64,000 bases of DNA from the NCBI GenBank assembly GCA_964344635.1, contig CAYFOE010000002.1, positions 34,953 to 98,952 on the forward strand, given 5' to 3'. Source of the DNA: Candidatus Woesearchaeota archaeon. GTDB taxonomy: Archaea > Nanobdellota > Nanobdellia > SCGC-AAA011-G17 > UBA489. The notes below the pieces were generated by a model. It had not been told where the DNA came from. It searched no databases and worked only from the letters and a program-made list of their open reading frames with translations. This document shows, piece by piece, positions 16,000 through 25,204 of the stretch. A program made the translations under genes and the position numbers. Positions within the stretch are counted from its first letter, which is position 1. Each line of letters begins with the position of its first letter.

Positions 16000-17982
16000 T
16001 TATTGGTAGTTTACCCAGATTGGTGATATCCAGATTCTTTCGCCGTCTTCTTGTATTCCTTTGACGTAGTAGTTGTATGAGTTTCCACTAGTGACGTTCA
16101 GGTCTTTCCATTTGATTTGAACATTTTTACTCATGGGTTGTGTATAATAAACTAGGTCTTCCCCATTTCTGTAAACAAATACTTCGGTGAATCTGTCTGT
16201 TCCGTGTAAAACAATATCTAGATTAGGATATTTTGTGGTGTTGAATTCGCTTCCGACGAAGTGTTTATTCACTCTGAAGGATCCGATTATTCTTGCTCCT
16301 GTTGTTCCGTAGGTTCTTCTGTTATTTAGTGCTTCCCAGATTGCGTCTCTTGAGTATTCTTTTGTATATACACCAGTGATTCCCATTCTTGTGTAGTAGT
16401 CGTCCCATGTTCCGCCGTTGGAGTTTGATGCTGGTTTACCTACGTGATTGTCTGAGTCTGCTGTGAATCCAAATTTATAACCATCTTTCAATGCTTCTTG
16501 GACGAATACTCCGCTTCCTTTGGGATGTTGGTTGCTTGTGGAGAATCTTGAGGGTAGTCCACTGTCGTAGTGTTCGTTGCCTCCGTGCCAGGAGTACATT
16601 TCGATTAGTGGTTGGTTTGGGTGGTCTTTCCATGATCCCCATTTTACTGGCCCTGCAAAGGTCCATCCGGTGTGGTGGGGGATTGCTAGGGAGTCTGTTC
16701 CTGTTAGATTGTTTAATAGGTCGTCAATTTTTGATAGTTTGTAGGTTCCTGTTGATTTTTGGTTGCATGGAACTTCGCCCCAGTTTTCTGCATTTTTTAG
16801 TAGTACATGTCTGTGACCTTCTTGGTTGCTGGTCCATTCATATCCTGCGAATGCTATGAAGTTTGGTGAGTTATAGTTTACACCGTAGTCTTTTACTTTT
16901 ACCCAGTCGAATGGTAGTTCGTTTGAAACTGCTGTGCAATGTTCTGATATTGAGAAGAAGTCTAGTCCTTCAACGTTTTTTGCCCAGTCGTATGCAAAGT
17001 CTGTTGTGTGTAGTGCATGTCCTCCGATTGAGCTGTGTGTATGTATTGCTCCCCAGTATACTGCGTAGTCTTTGTATTTTCCGTTTCCTTTGATTACTGC
17101 TGGGTTGCTTGTTCCGTTGATGGTTTGGTTTCCAATTTCATAAACGAATATTTCTAGGAGGCCTCTCTTTTTAGGTATTATTTCGAACTCTACTATTCCT
17201 CTGTCTGATTCTTTGAATGTGTATTGGTTTGGCAGGATTACTTTAGCGTCTTTTGCATAGAATCCTATTGTTCCGGTATAATTTCTTACTAGTGGGTTTG
17301 CTATTTTATTGCTTGGGAATCCTTGTATTGCTTGTACTTTCATCTTCAGGGATTCGTTTATGTTTCCTACTGATCTGGTTACTACTTTGAATCTGCTTAT
17401 TGAGGTTCCACTTACTTCGATTTTTGGGTATAAACTTTCTGAGTATGCAACTTCCCAGTCACTGTTTCCGTCTTTTTTTTCTTCTACGAATATTCTAGCT
17501 TCGGCTGCATCTCTGCTTAGTTGCCAGCCTTTGCTTGCTTGACTTGTGTCTCCTAGTGTGAATTCAACTATGTCTCCTGTTTTGAAGGGGTTTGAGTTGT
17601 TTGATTGCCATACTTCGAAGCCGAATTCGCTTGGTTTGAAGTCCATGCTGTTTGGTTGGTTTAGTGAGAATTCTCTGTTTTCGATTTTTACTGTTGAATA
17701 TCCTTGTAGTGTTGGGCGGTCGATGTTGAAGTTCATCCAATAACCGTATCTTAGTTTAAAATTAGTTTCATTTTGCCACATGTGGCCGAGGTATACTCTT
17801 ACACCTCCATCATTTCCGAAGTCTTGGCTGATTGTGTAGTTTAAGTTTAAGGTTGTGAAGACTCTTTCGATTCCTTTGTCTTCCATTGATGGGTAAAAGG
17901 TATCTCCTTCCATGTTAATTTGTGCGCTAACAATTGGTAGAATTAACATTAGTGTCGTCAAAATAATTGTAATCTTTCTCAT
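16000..17982 (-). CDS. secreted metal-dependent hydrolase, PHP/CehA-McbA-like (tentative)
   Basis: Signal peptide MRKITIILTTLMLILPIVSA, plus YWGAIHTHSSIGGHA, ISEHC, LAIPHHTGW and FTADSDNHVG His/Asp clusters suggesting a PHP-type metal site. Confidence 0.35.
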   Translation of the reverse strand: MRKITIILTTLMLILPIVSAQINMEGDTFYPSMEDKGIERVFTTLNLNYTISQDFGNDGGVRVYLGHMWQNETNFKLRYGYWMNFNIDRPTLQGYSTVKIENREFSLNQPNSMDFKPSEFGFEVWQSNNSNPFKTGDIVEFTLGDTSQASKGWQLSRDAAEARIFVEEKKDGNSDWEVAYSESLYPKIEVSGTSISRFKVVTRSVGNINESLKMKVQAIQGFPSNKIANPLVRNYTGTIGFYAKDAKVILPNQYTFKESDRGIVEFEIIPKKRGLLEIFVYEIGNQTINGTSNPAVIKGNGKYKDYAVYWGAIHTHSSIGGHALHTTDFAYDWAKNVEGLDFFSISEHCTAVSNELPFDWVKVKDYGVNYNSPNFIAFAGYEWTSNQEGHRHVLLKNAENWGEVPCNQKSTGTYKLSKIDDLLNNLTGTDSLAIPHHTGWTFAGPVKWGSWKDHPNQPLIEMYSWHGGNEHYDSGLPSRFSTSNQHPKGSGVFVQEALKDGYKFGFTADSDNHVGKPASNSNGGTWDDYYTRMGITGVYTKEYSRDAIWEALNNRRTYGTTGARIIGSFRVNKHFVGSEFNTTKYPNLDIVLHGTDRFTEVFVYRNGEDLVYYTQPMSKNVQIKWKDLNVTSGNSYNYYVKGIQEDGERIWISPIWVNYQ

Positions 17983-18028
17983 GGGGTTTACGACATCAAA
18001 CTTATTTAAAAAATTAACTAAAGTTTAG

Positions 18029-18111
18029 CGCCGCAGGCAGGATTTGAACCTGCATATCCAGAGGAAACCGGTTTTCGAGACCGGCGCGATACCAGATTAC
18101 GCGACCGCGGC
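18029..18111 (-). tRNA. tRNA-Ser (anticodon CGA), long variable arm, no encoded CCA
   Basis: The reverse complement reads GCCGCGG..CCGGT-CTCGAAA-ACCGG..(long variable arm)..GCAGG-TTCAAAT-CCTGC-CTGCGGC-G. Confidence 0.7.
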
Positions 18112-18217
18112 GTATCTTCAAAAATAGCTGAAACCTTTATTAACTTACTCATCGAAAGATTTATATACTAAATCATATAGTCTGGAGTATATAGTTAGTC
18201 TAAAAGAGGCTATTAAA

Positions 18218-19009
18218 ATGACTCAAAGCAGAAACAAGGGATTTATGCCTAACGGTAAGAATGGAAGTCCTGAATGGATTGAAGAACTGTTGGCATACCA
18301 TAGGGAAAACCCTGATGGAGACGCAGAAGAAATACTCTTTCAAGCAATGCATACTGATAGTTTGACTGGTGTTCTTGCTAGAAGCGGTATCGAACATGTT
18401 ATTGATCAAATAGAGGAATCTAGGACGCCTACTGGTGTTGCATTCTTTGATTTAATGGATTTTAAGCAAATTAATGATGAAATAGGTCACGATGCAGGAG
18501 ATAGAGCGATTTCTTATACTGCAAACACTTTAGCAAAGATACTCCGTACGGGAAAAACTGGAGATAGAAGACAATCAGAGAGAATAGTTTTCCAATCTGG
18601 TCCGGATAGAAGGTCTTATTCTCTAAAGGAAGATATTGTTTTTAACAAATTAGTTGAAAGGTCAGAAGTCGGAAGAATGGGCGGAGATGAATTCTTGGTT
18701 TTACTTCCAAGAGTTAGAACTTATGCTGCACTAGAAAATATTGGATTTAGGGTGGCTGATGCGATTAACAGTGATCCGGATTGTCAACCAACTTCTATTG
18801 GTTTTGCACTTTACCAACCTGATAAGGTGGGTATGGCTGAAACAATTGCACATGCAGATAAGGCAATGTATGCTGCTAAAAAAGAACTCAAATTAGACAA
18901 GAAGGAAAGGAATCTTTCTAGGTCAGAAAGTGGGTTCGGAATCCACCAACCTGATAAAGATTTCAAGATTTATCTTCCTGGAGATATCAAAAGTAAAAAG
19001 ATAGCGTGA
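18218..19009 (+). CDS. GGDEF-domain protein (putative diguanylate cyclase; intact GGDEF A-site, no RxxD I-site)
   Basis: DSLTGVLARSG, FFDLMDFKQINDEIGHDAGDRAI, RMGGDEFLVLLP, HADKAMYAAKKE. An AAGAGG SD-like motif sits about 10 nt upstream of the ATG. Visibly GC-richer than the flanks. Confidence 0.7.
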   Translation: MTQSRNKGFMPNGKNGSPEWIEELLAYHRENPDGDAEEILFQAMHTDSLTGVLARSGIEHVIDQIEESRTPTGVAFFDLMDFKQINDEIGHDAGDRAISYTANTLAKILRTGKTGDRRQSERIVFQSGPDRRSYSLKEDIVFNKLVERSEVGRMGGDEFLVLLPRVRTYAALENIGFRVADAINSDPDCQPTSIGFALYQPDKVGMAETIAHADKAMYAAKKELKLDKKERNLSRSESGFGIHQPDKDFKIYLPGDIKSKKIA

Positions 19010-19052
19010 GCTTATCAAAACACTTAAAAGAGAACTAAATGTCCTATACCAC

Positions 19053-19127
19053 AGCGAGGTAGGACAGTTAGGAGTGTCCGTCGGGCTCATAACCCGGAGG
19101 TCGCTGGTTCAAATCCAGCCCTCGCTA
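19053..19127 (+). tRNA. tRNA-Met (anticodon CAU), initiator-type (A1:U72, GGG/CCC anticodon stem)
   Basis: AGCGAGG-TA-GGAC..GTCC-G-TCGGG-CTCATAA-CCCGG-AGGTC-GCTGG-TTCAAAT-CCAGC-CCTCGCT-A. The tabulated ORF 19074..20054 begins (GTG) inside this tRNA, so that ORF was trimmed. Confidence 0.7.
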
Positions 19128-19136
19128 CTTCTAAAA

Positions 19137-20054
19137 ATGGAATATCCAAAACTAGAAAACAAATTAATTTTGGCCCCTATGGCAGAGGTTACTTCTAAAG
19201 CTTTTAGATTACTGTCTAAGGATTTTGGAGCTGCTATGACTTATACTGAACAGATTTCGGCGCTAGCAGTGACAAGAGATTCAGAGAAAACTTTAGGGAT
19301 GGCTTCAACGTCTAAAGTGGATTCGCCAGTTGGTTTACAATTGTTTGGGAGGAATCCTAAAATTTTAGTTGAGGCTGCAAAAAAGTTATACAAAGATTTT
19401 GATGTTGTTGATTTAAACTTGGGTTGTCCTTCTAAAAAAATTGTAAAGAATGGTTATGGTTCAGCATTACTTAAAGAGAAGGATAGGATTTATGAGATTA
19501 TTTCTCAGTTGGTTAAAAATATTCCAAGACCTATTACTGTTAAGATGCGTTCTGGTTTCAAAAAGCAGGAGGCCCTTTCTATTGCAAGGGTGATTGAATC
19601 GGCAGGAGCTTCTGCGATAACTATTCATGCAAGGACTCAGGAACAGGGTTATTCTGGCCATGCAGATTGGAATCTTATCAAACAGTTGAAAGAAAATTTA
19701 TCAATTCCTATTATTGGGAATGGTGATGTAACGGATCCGATTTCTGCTAGAAAGATGTTAGAAATGACAGGTTGTGATTATGTTATGGTTGGTCGTGCTG
19801 CGAGAAATAATCCTTGGATTTTCAAACAGATTAACCACTATTTAGAAACTGGAGAGATTATTGAACAAACAACTAATGAAAGGATTGAGATGTTCAAGAA
19901 ATATTGTAAGCTTGAGAACAATTTTAAGTTGATAAAGATGCGTGCACTAGACTTTACGAAGGGAATTCCGAATAGTCACCAATTAAGAAACAGAATAAGT
20001 CAAACTAAAAACATAACAGAAATAGAAGGATTATTAAGCACGTTAAACAACTAA
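19137..20054 (+). CDS. dus: tRNA-dihydrouridine synthase (Dus family, FMN-dependent)
   Basis: MEYPKLENKLILAPMAEVTS, VDLNLGCPSKKIVKNGYGSALLK, ITIHARTQEQGYSG. Start reset to the first ATG downstream of the tRNA. Confidence 0.7.
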   Translation: MEYPKLENKLILAPMAEVTSKAFRLLSKDFGAAMTYTEQISALAVTRDSEKTLGMASTSKVDSPVGLQLFGRNPKILVEAAKKLYKDFDVVDLNLGCPSKKIVKNGYGSALLKEKDRIYEIISQLVKNIPRPITVKMRSGFKKQEALSIARVIESAGASAITIHARTQEQGYSGHADWNLIKQLKENLSIPIIGNGDVTDPISARKMLEMTGCDYVMVGRAARNNPWIFKQINHYLETGEIIEQTTNERIEMFKKYCKLENNFKLIKMRALDFTKGIPNSHQLRNRISQTKNITEIEGLLSTLNN

Positions 20055-20060
20055 GTTAAA

Positions 20061-20708
20061 ATGAAAGTTTGTGGAATTGATGAAGCAGGTAGGGGGCCGG
20101 TGATGGGTCCTTTAGTTATGGCTGGCGTTATGGTTGACGAAACAGAGAGACATGTTCTAAAAAAATTAAATGTGAAGGATTCTAAGATGCTTTCAAAAAG
20201 AAGGAGGGAAGATTTATTTGAACAAATCAAGAGTATTTCAACATATTTTATACTGGTTGTAGAGCCTGAAGAGATTGATGCTGCGCTTAACAATCCTGAA
20301 CTTAACTTAAACAAACTTGAAGGGTTAAAGATTGCAGAGATTATTAACAACTTAAATCCAGATAAGGCGATCATTGATGCTCCAAGTAACAACATTGAAG
20401 CATTTAAAGAATTTTTAAAAAATCTTGTTGAAAACCCAGACACTGAACTGCATTTAGAACATAAAGCGGATGAAAAGTATGAAGTTTGTTCAGCTGCTTC
20501 TATTTTAGCGAAGGTTGTTAGGGATAGAGAGATGGAAAATATTTCTGATAAGTTGGGAGATTGCGGTTCTGGTTACCCTAGTGATCCGAGAACTAAAGAG
20601 TTTTTACAAAATAATTGGGATAAACATCCTGAAGTATTTAGGAAAACTTGGGCTACGTATGAAAAGGTTGCTAATACTAAGAAACAAAAAAGTTTGAGTG
20701 ATTTCTAA
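20061..20708 (+). CDS. rnhB: ribonuclease HII
   Basis: MKVCGIDEAGRGPVMGPLVMAGV (DEAGRG catalytic motif). 215 aa. Confidence 0.8.
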   Translation: MKVCGIDEAGRGPVMGPLVMAGVMVDETERHVLKKLNVKDSKMLSKRRREDLFEQIKSISTYFILVVEPEEIDAALNNPELNLNKLEGLKIAEIINNLNPDKAIIDAPSNNIEAFKEFLKNLVENPDTELHLEHKADEKYEVCSAASILAKVVRDREMENISDKLGDCGSGYPSDPRTKEFLQNNWDKHPEVFRKTWATYEKVANTKKQKSLSDF

Positions 20709-21622
20709 GCTGCTTTAGATCCAATAACCTTTACTTGCTTTTCATATATTGCTTCCATAATTCCTTCTAGAGATCTAACGTCACTCTGTCCAACAAAGTC
20801 GCCTTCTTCTTCACGTTTAGATAATTGTTTAGATAATGATTTTAGATTATTTCCAGCTTTTCTATAGAAGTTTTTCCAGTATTTTACTGCAGATTCCTCA
20901 TCCATAAACTCAAAGACTGTAACTTTGTCTCCATCTTGGCCTACAGGTTTTCCTCCAACTTCCGGGTCTCCAAATCTGTCATATAAATCATCTCCAATTT
21001 GGTAAGCAATTCCTAGGTTGTGACCGAATGTTCTCAATGTTTTAATTTCGTTAGGTTTTGCATTCCCTGCAATTCCTCCAATAACTACTGAAGCTGCAAA
21101 TAAGTCTCCTGTTTTTTGTTTGTGAAGTTCTACCATTTCATCTAAACTTTCAGGAACTTGTTTTAGGTCTTTTCTTTGGCCAATACATAAACCGCTTGCA
21201 GCTCTAGCTGCTTCTTCATGTATCGCACTTCTTTGTTCATAGGAAAGATGATCGTTTTTTGCATTAAGTTCTAGTGCTAAGGATGCAGTTATATATTGCG
21301 CTACAAGGATTGTATTATCAGGACCATATTTAACATGAAATGCAGTTCTTCCATTTCTTTTTTCAGAATTATCCATTTGGGGTGCATCATCCAATATTAG
21401 TGTTGCTCTATGGACGAATTCTTGAGCTGTAGCTGGTGCTATCAGACTATTTCTTGGAACACCATAAACTTCTCCTGTTCTTATGACTAGTTGGGGTCTA
21501 AGCATTCCTCCATCGCCTTTAACAACATATTTCATCATTTCAGACATAGCTGGGTCTTCGATTTTATCCACAGAATCATCCATATGTTTTCTAATACAAT
21601 GTTTTAGATCTACACTGTTCAT
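20705..21622 (-). CDS. idsA: polyprenyl (geranylgeranyl) diphosphate synthase
   Basis: LILDDAPQMDNSEKRNGRTAFH (first DDxxD-like region) and GIAYQIGDDLYD (second DDxxD). Confidence 0.7.
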   Translation of the reverse strand: MNSVDLKHCIRKHMDDSVDKIEDPAMSEMMKYVVKGDGGMLRPQLVIRTGEVYGVPRNSLIAPATAQEFVHRATLILDDAPQMDNSEKRNGRTAFHVKYGPDNTILVAQYITASLALELNAKNDHLSYEQRSAIHEEAARAASGLCIGQRKDLKQVPESLDEMVELHKQKTGDLFAASVVIGGIAGNAKPNEIKTLRTFGHNLGIAYQIGDDLYDRFGDPEVGGKPVGQDGDKVTVFEFMDEESAVKYWKNFYRKAGNNLKSLSKQLSKREEEGDFVGQSDVRSLEGIMEAIYEKQVKVIGSKAA

Positions 21623-21778
21623 TTATTTTTCAACCCCCAAAGTTGACATATAATTTAGAAAATATAGGTTTAAAAGATTATATGGTTCGATATTCTGCAT
21701 TTTTAGGCTCTTAAACAACAAAATAGAAGAAGATTTATAAAAGAAAACTGCTCTCAAAAAGAAAAGAAGTGACAAAAT

Positions 21779-24700
21779 ATGGCAATAATTAAATCCATGA
21801 AGCTGAAGGGTTTCAAAAGTTTTGCAAAACAATTAGATTTGGAGTTTGGTCCGGGATTTAACTGCATTATTGGTCCGAATGGTTCTGGTAAGTCGAATGT
21901 TATGGATGCGTTGTGTTTTGTTTTGGGGAAGCTTTCTGCTAAGTCTATGAGGGCTGAAAAATCTTCAAACTTAATTTTTAATGGCGGTAAGAAGGGTTCG
22001 CCTCTAAGAGAAGCTGAGGTTTCTTTAACGTTTACAAATGATGATAATGAGTTTCCGATTGAGGCGAATGAAGTTAAACTTTCTAGGATTATTAAACAGA
22101 CTGGGAATTCTGTTTACAAGATTAATGATCAGGTTATGACGAGGCAACAGATTCTGGAGTTACTTGCAAGGGCTAAAATTGATCCGGATGGTCACAATAT
22201 TATTTTGCAGGGAGATATTGTTAGGTTTATGGAGATGAAGGCTGATCATAGGAGAGAGCTGATAGAAGACATTGCTGGAATTTCAATTTATGAGGATAAA
22301 AAGAACAAGGCAATGAATTCTTTGACCAAAGTTGAGGCTCAATTAAATGATGTAACAATTATTTTGAAGGAACGTGAAGCGTATCTAAAGGAGCTTAGGA
22401 AAGAAAAAGAGCAGGCAGAGAAATATAGGAAGCTTGAAAAGAATATTAAATCGAATAAGGCTACATTCTTGAATATTCAGATTAATGATAAGGAAAAGAA
22501 GTTAGAGGACATTGCAAGTAGGATTAAAAAACAAGAGGCTCAACTAAAGAAGTTTGAAGAGAATGAACAAAACATTAGGGAGAAAATCAAGATAAAGAAA
22601 GGTGAGTTAGAGGCGTTAAACCATGAAATTGAAGAAAAGGGGGAAAAAGACGCTATAACACTCCAAGAGGAAATTGAAAAACTAAAAACCGAGACGGCAA
22701 GAAATTCTGAGAGAATCTCTACTTGTAAATCTGAGATATCTAAGATAACTGAAAGAAAAAAACAATTAGAAGCTTCTTTGGAAGATACTAAAAAGACCAT
22801 TAATGGCTTGGAAGAAAGTAAGAATAAATTAACTGAGGAAGTTACAAAACTAAAGGAAAAAGAAACTAAGGAATCTTCTAGGATTAATCAGGTTAAATCT
22901 AGTTTGGGTCTTTCAGATAATACTGAGCTTGATTCACTGGAAACAACTTTGGACAAAAAGCTTGCAGAGTTTGAAGAATTACAATCTAAAAATCAAGAAC
23001 TTCTTCAAAAGAAATTTCAATTAGATGCTGAGTTAAGTAATTTGAATGAAAAAATAAATGCAATACAAGAATTGGAAAAGTCAACGGATTTGAAGAATGC
23101 TAAAAAGGAATTTGAAAGGGTATCTAAGGAATTAAATAAAAGGTTGAATGAGGATACTGTTCTTTCAACTCAGGTGAGGAAGGCTAAAGAGGAATATGCC
23201 TTACTGAATGAAAGGTTGTTTAAGATTCAAACTCAGAAGAGTAGTATGAAGGCTTCAGCCTCTTTTGATTTGGCAATTAAAAAAATTAAAGATCTAAAAA
23301 ATCCTAAGGTATTTGGGACTGTTAGTGAGCTGGGAGAGGTTGACAAAAAGTTCTCGTCTGCGTTGGAGGTTGCTGCAGGACCAAGGATAAGGTCTTTGGT
23401 GGTTCAGGATGATAGGGTTGCAGCAGAGTGTATTAAGACCTTGAAGGCCTCAAGAACAGGGACTGCGACATTCCTTCCTATGAATAAGATTAGGGGAAGG
23501 CCAGCTACTAGGATTAAGGGCACTGGGGTGTATGGTTCTGCAGTGGACTTGATTGATTTTGATCCCAGGTTCAAGGAAATTTTCTCTTATGTTTTTGCTA
23601 ACACTTTAGTTGTAGAGAATATTGAAACTGCGAGAAAAGTAGGTATTGGAAAAGTTAGGATGGTTACTCTTGAGGGAGATTTAGTTGAGGCTTCGGGGGC
23701 TATGATTGGAGGGTATAGGACTAAAAGAATTGGTTTGGGCTTCCAAGAAAAGAACCTTAACACAGATTTAGATAATCTAAGTAAAAAGATTGACAAGGCG
23801 AGTCAAACTAAAGAGGTAATTGAGGGTAGAAAGGTAGAGAATGAAAACAAGATTTCAGAATTAAGGAATAATAAATCTCATTTAGAGGCTGAGATAATTA
23901 AACATGAGAGGTCTACTTCTGGTTTAAACTCGATTGAATTAAAGAATAGAATCTCTAAGATAAAAGGCGATTCAACATACTCTGAATTTTCTAATTTAGG
24001 GAAAATAATGAATTCCTTAAACTTAGAAATACAGAAATTAAAAGCAGAAAAAGAAAAATTAAAGAAAACTTCTTCTGGTAATGAAGGACGGTCTCAATTA
24101 GAAGCTTTAGAAGGTAAAAGGTTGAAGACTAGGGAAGAGGTTGTGGAGAAGAATACGCAGATAAGAAATATTGAGATCCAGAAGCAAAATATTTACATTC
24201 CTGAAAAAGAAAAGATTCAGCAATTAATCAAGAATAGTGAAAAAGAATTGATAGATTTCAATGGGGAGTTCAAAACGCTTGGGAGTCTTCTTAAGGATCA
24301 AAGTTCAAGGTTAAATAAGAAGGAAGGGGAAAAGTCTAAGTTCCAAAAACTGTATAAGGATTTATTCTCTAAGAGAAACAAAATAAGTGAGGAGACTCAA
24401 AAACTCGAGGCTTCCATAATTCTTGAGGCTAATAAGGAAAAAACAGTTAATGAAAAGATTAACGAACTTTCTATTGGCAGGGCGAAGGTAACTGCTGAGA
24501 TTGAAGCCCTTAACGGTGAATTTGAAGAATTTGAAGGAATCTCGCTAAGGAGGGGTTTAACTCTTGATCAATTAAAGTTAGAAATAAAGAACTTTGAATC
24601 TATGTTGAGTAAGATAGGTAATGTTAACATGCGTGCATTGGAAGTTTATGAGGAAATCTTGAATGAATATGAAAAACTGATTGAGAAGAAGGACAAATTG

Positions 24701-25204
24701 AATTCTGAAAAGGAAGATGTTCATACAATGATTGATGAAATTGAAAAGAACAAAAAGACTATATTCATGAAAACTTTCAAAGAGTTAAATAAGAATTTTG
24801 CAAGGATTTTCCTTTCACTTTCTAGAAAGGGAGAAGCTAGTCTAGAATTAGAGAATAAGTTAGATCCTCTGAGTGAAGGTGTGGATATTAAGGTAAGAAT
24901 TACAGGTAATAGGTTCTTGGATATCAAGTCTCTTTCGGGTGGTGAAAAGACTATGGCTGCTTTAGCTTTCATTTTTGCAATTCAAGAATATCAACCTATG
25001 GCTTTCTATTTACTTGATGAAGTTGATGCTGCATTAGATAAAAGAAATTCAGAATTGTTATCAGAGTTGGTTTCAAAGTATTCTGGAACCGCTCAGTATA
25101 TCATGATTTCCCATAATGATAATGTTATCTCTGAAGCTGACTATGTTTATGGCGTGAGTATGCATGAGACTGGAATCTCGAAGGTAGTTAGTTTAAAATT
25201 ATGA
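21779..25204 (+). CDS. smc: chromosome segregation protein SMC
   Basis: Walker A GPNGSGKSN, long coiled coils, hinge (VFGTVSELGEVDKKFSSALEVAAGPRIRSLVVQDD), signature LSGGEKTMAALAFIFA and Walker B YLLDEVDAALD. 1141 aa. Confidence 0.85.
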   Translation: MAIIKSMKLKGFKSFAKQLDLEFGPGFNCIIGPNGSGKSNVMDALCFVLGKLSAKSMRAEKSSNLIFNGGKKGSPLREAEVSLTFTNDDNEFPIEANEVKLSRIIKQTGNSVYKINDQVMTRQQILELLARAKIDPDGHNIILQGDIVRFMEMKADHRRELIEDIAGISIYEDKKNKAMNSLTKVEAQLNDVTIILKEREAYLKELRKEKEQAEKYRKLEKNIKSNKATFLNIQINDKEKKLEDIASRIKKQEAQLKKFEENEQNIREKIKIKKGELEALNHEIEEKGEKDAITLQEEIEKLKTETARNSERISTCKSEISKITERKKQLEASLEDTKKTINGLEESKNKLTEEVTKLKEKETKESSRINQVKSSLGLSDNTELDSLETTLDKKLAEFEELQSKNQELLQKKFQLDAELSNLNEKINAIQELEKSTDLKNAKKEFERVSKELNKRLNEDTVLSTQVRKAKEEYALLNERLFKIQTQKSSMKASASFDLAIKKIKDLKNPKVFGTVSELGEVDKKFSSALEVAAGPRIRSLVVQDDRVAAECIKTLKASRTGTATFLPMNKIRGRPATRIKGTGVYGSAVDLIDFDPRFKEIFSYVFANTLVVENIETARKVGIGKVRMVTLEGDLVEASGAMIGGYRTKRIGLGFQEKNLNTDLDNLSKKIDKASQTKEVIEGRKVENENKISELRNNKSHLEAEIIKHERSTSGLNSIELKNRISKIKGDSTYSEFSNLGKIMNSLNLEIQKLKAEKEKLKKTSSGNEGRSQLEALEGKRLKTREEVVEKNTQIRNIEIQKQNIYIPEKEKIQQLIKNSEKELIDFNGEFKTLGSLLKDQSSRLNKKEGEKSKFQKLYKDLFSKRNKISEETQKLEASIILEANKEKTVNEKINELSIGRAKVTAEIEALNGEFEEFEGISLRRGLTLDQLKLEIKNFESMLSKIGNVNMRALEVYEEILNEYEKLIEKKDKLNSEKEDVHTMIDEIEKNKKTIFMKTFKELNKNFARIFLSLSRKGEASLELENKLDPLSEGVDIKVRITGNRFLDIKSLSGGEKTMAALAFIFAIQEYQPMAFYLLDEVDAALDKRNSELLSELVSKYSGTAQYIMISHNDNVISEADYVYGVSMHETGISKVVSLKL

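Noticed and set aside
16475-17743. Plus-strand ORFs 16491..16859, 16863..17093, 17309..17542, 17546..17743 and the minus-strand ORF 16475..16666
   Set aside because: These are Leu/Arg/Cys-rich shadow ORFs antisense to or out of frame with the 660-aa secreted hydrolase gene. They show no independent support.
19074-19136. 5' extension of the tabulated ORF 19074..20054 (MSVGLITRRSLVQIQPSLLLK...)
   Set aside because: It starts at a GTG inside the tRNA-Met gene (19053..19127), and the extension simply translates the tRNA. The real CDS (dus) starts at the ATG at 19137.
21623-21832. 69-aa ORF between idsA and smc
   Set aside because: It lies in the AT-rich divergent-promoter region and overlaps the smc start. 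Its low-complexity F/L/Y-rich translation is typical of spurious ORFs in AT-rich intergenic DNA.
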